From assembly GCA_010093605.1 (NCBI GenBank), contig MU004188.1:437673-501672 (forward strand): DNA of 64,000 bases. The letters run 5' to 3'. Positions 60,984 through 64,000 of this stretch are shown here, piece after piece (the stretch's first letter is position 1; each line of letters begins with the position of its first letter). The stretch comes from Lophium mytilinum. Its lineage: Eukaryota. The notes under the pieces were generated by a model that did not search any database, was not told where the DNA came from, and saw nothing but the letters and a program-made list of their open reading frames with translations. The position numbers and the translations under genes were made by a program.

Positions 60984-61756
60984 ATGACAACCGACCTCTC
61001 CAAAACCGCCATCCTCCTCATCGACCCCTACAACGACTTCCTGCACCAAGAAGGCAAGCTCTTCCCCCTCCTCGCGGAATCCCTCAAGCACACCGAAACC
61101 GTCTCGCACATCTTCGAGCTTCTCACCGCCGCACGCGCCCACAAGATCCCCATCTACTACGGCCTGCACCAGCCGTCCCGCCCGGGCAACTTCGAAGGCT
61201 GGAAGCACATGATGGCCGTCCATAACAGCCAGAAGGAGGGCAATGCGTTCGAAGAGGGCGCGTTCGGGGGCACTATTTACGAGGGCATGGAACCCAAGCT
61301 GGAGAATGGAGATGTGGTTGTTAGCAAGCATTGGTCGAGCAGGTAGGTTGCGCGTGTGTTGAGCTCGGGAGATGTGTATGCTGATTGGTGCAGTGCGTTC
61401 CAGAACACGGATCTGAACTATCAGCTTCGGCAGAGGGAGATTACGAAGGTTGTGTTGGCGGGGTTGACGACGAATCACTGTGTGGAAGCGACGGCGAGAT
61501 ATGCGTATGATCTGTAAGTGTCACCGGTACGCCTATGGAAGACTTGACTCACTCATTTATTAGCGGATACGAGACGACTTTGTTGTAAGTTTTGAGGACA
61601 TACATTGGAAATATTGTGCATACTGACGCGTTTATCAGATCTGATGCCACCGCAGGCTTTAGCAATGAGTTGAAAACTGCCGCCACAGATTTGATCTGGC
61701 CCCTTTTTGCGTCAAGGGTGATGACCGTCAAGGAATTCGTTGCAACATTGGAATAG
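60984..61756 (+). CDS. Isochorismatase-family cysteine hydrolase (4 exons)
   Basis: LLIDPYNDF (Asp), VSKHWSS (Lys) and AGLTTNHCVEATAR (Cys); three short introns. Confidence 0.9.
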
Positions 61757-61897
61757 ACCAGCTGGAGGAAAGTACGCAGGTTTGCCATAGGAAAGAAAGA
61801 GGGAGAATAGGAGCTTGCTTTTGAAGACTGGGAGGAAAAGTAGTGAATCGTAAACGTTGCGGTTTCGCAGATTCATCTCGCTATGAAGCTTGATTCA

Positions 61898-63676
61898 TCA
61901 CATCATCGTGATATCTCGTGCGTTCAATATTTGCATATACGCCTCTGTCTAGCGTGAGTACACTTACAGGAGCAGGACAAGAGGAGTTCATACCTCCGGC
62001 TTTCCATCTCAGTGACATTAGTCTGAGTTTCTCCTTCATTAGTAGCATGTGCTGCTGCGTCTCGTTGCCATATCGCTCTTCCAGACGGCGATATATCGTG
62101 ATCGCCTGATATGCCCAGAACAGTAAGAATGGAGATGCATCGGATATGTTAACAAGCCGGTCGCCGAACCAAACCCCGGATGCCCAGGTCATTTCGTTGA
62201 CCACTGGCCCTAGAAAGGCCATTTTCATGTCAAATTGCTCCAGGTCGGTTCGTTTCGCCTCCGGATCGTGTAGAGCAATGAGTGCACTGACATGACCTCA
62301 CTTCAGCCCCTATAGCTTGATTCGAATTGAAGCATAGACTTACCTGTAGCAGATACTCGACTGCGCGCAAACAGCAGTCCGCTTAACGGAACCTTCAATG
62401 TATACAAGATTCAAGAGGGCTCGCAGCGTCCTATCAAGTTGCAAGCGCTCCGACTCGCGGAAAGCTTGATCCTCAGATTCAGAGCTTCGTGCTTGGAAAC
62501 GTAGTACACGACCGAGTATGAAAGTCGCTTGAGACATTCTTGCAAGCATACCCATTTCGATGGATGCTGGGGACGATGCGCGGAACGGTTCCCGAATAAT
62601 ATTCTGCAATACTTGTCAGCAATAAAGAATAGAGAGTATCTGTGGGAAGTTCGCACCCCTGATTCGAAAGCCTCATCATCCGCGGGTAGGTAGCTCGAAG
62701 ATGCTGGCTCTTCCGTAGAGAGCATTTGGGTGGGATTGCCGAGCTGCATGGTCCTGAAGATGATGAGTGTTTGAGCAAGGAATAGGGTGCAAAGAACGTG
62801 AAAGAGACGGACCGGTCTAGCATCAGGAGTGCCCACCATGCCCTCTTTTTCTCCTCGGTCTCCAACGCAGCTTCGAGTGAAATAGATAGATCAGTAGTTT
62901 GCAAGCACTGATTTATGCCAATTGCTATACCGAAGCGCGCACATGAGCCGACGGACAAGTATGCTGCGGGATAGATGGCGTGCCCGAGCTCATATATGGT
63001 CAGGAGTATCTTAGCTTGTAGCAACTGAAGCGTTAAAACACCCACGTTTTCGGCCTCAAAGATGGCATTGCGTATGGCCATGTATTCTATTACGGGGCGT
63101 GGTTCCTGAGCTGGGTGCCATAGTAGTAGTCTCATAGCGGAAAGCAACAGAAAGACATCAACGCCTCGCGAAATAAGGGGGTTCAATGAATGTTCATATA
63201 AGCGCTTCTTGGAGATTATGGGCATCCACCAGTGGACTTTCTCCCAATACTGCAAGGCTAGCGAAACGGGATCTCCTACATAGTCGGCGATGATTGGTGG
63301 GACAGTCCAGTTGGGTTTTGGCAGCTGCATGCGGCTCTGTTGGAACACACGATTGTCTAGAAAGTACACAGCTGGGAAAGACTGGTTGCTGTCGGACGCT
63401 GTGAGGAGTGGCTGAGTCGAAGGCCATGCTCTCAAAGTACGGGCCTGCTGTGGACCATCATCATTAGGCGCAAAGATTCTGTATATTTTTGTTAGTTAGG
63501 AGTGAGGTATACTAGACTCAAGTGGCTTACCTAGAGTATTCGCACTCGAGATTCCTAGATGCACAGGCGGAGCATTTGGGTAGACGTTTGTCACAGCTTC
63601 GCTTCCGACGTCGACAGAAGGCACATGCAATTCCCTCTTGAGTCGCGACGGGAGCAGCAGCACCACTTGTCGTCAT
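61898..63676 (-). CDS. Zn(II)2Cys6 transcription factor with fungal-specific TF domain (multi-exon)
   Basis: ACAFCRRRKRSCDKRLPKCSACASRNLECEY, YELGHAIYPAAYLSVGSCAR and EEKKRAWWALLMLDR. Confidence 0.92.
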
Positions 63677-64000
63677 CTCTTTGGTCTTTAAGAGGGTTTG
63701 GTATGTTCAAGAGCATGATATGCACATGAATATGGATGAAGGCTAGCAATACAAAGGGACCAAGCGGCGCTGCATGTGTAGAATGCTAGCGCGTGGCTGA
63801 CAAAGCAAGCAGCACCAATCACTCAGGTCAGCATTCCCTTGCATTTTCCTTCTTCACATCTCGAAGAATGAGTTTGGCATTCACAGTTCGAAGGGCCCGC
63901 CCACGCACCGTTTAGCAGTAGATAATGCTAGAGCGCTTTGCAACCCGTCTCTCAGAACACTACATGAGGCCTATCAGTAGCAAAGCTATGGATAATTCCT

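Overview
This is eukaryotic DNA from a filamentous ascomycete. The evidence is short GT-AG introns with CTRAY branch points, Zn2Cys6 transcription factors and RIP-like mutation; a Dothideomycete-like host is my guess and is not demonstrated. A housekeeping core contains a mitochondrial rhomboid (PCP1-like), a hot-dog thioesterase, MSH5, HSP78, EF-1beta with an intronic U18/snR18 snoRNA, and a class-1 DHOD-like flavoprotein. Two lineage-specific tandem clusters of F-box-like genes interrupt it, at about 5.0-14.6 kb (including an F-box-like/chromodomain fusion) and about 23.5-28.7 kb, both with decaying copies. The right part holds secreted proteins, a GNAT, an FMN reductase, a RIP-inactivated pogo/Fot1-like transposon with perfect 40-bp TIRs, a Ty3/gypsy RT relic, an isochorismatase and a Zn2Cys6 factor. 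The most striking signal is at 22.38-23.28 kb (- strand): four tandem units that look like genes for an unrecognised ~130-nt structured RNA. Each intact unit has U6-like Pol III architecture (TATA, A-box-like motif, oligo-T terminator, downstream B-box at fixed spacing) and four hairpins. One hairpin differs completely in sequence between copies yet stays paired. Exon boundaries were read by eye and no database searches were run.
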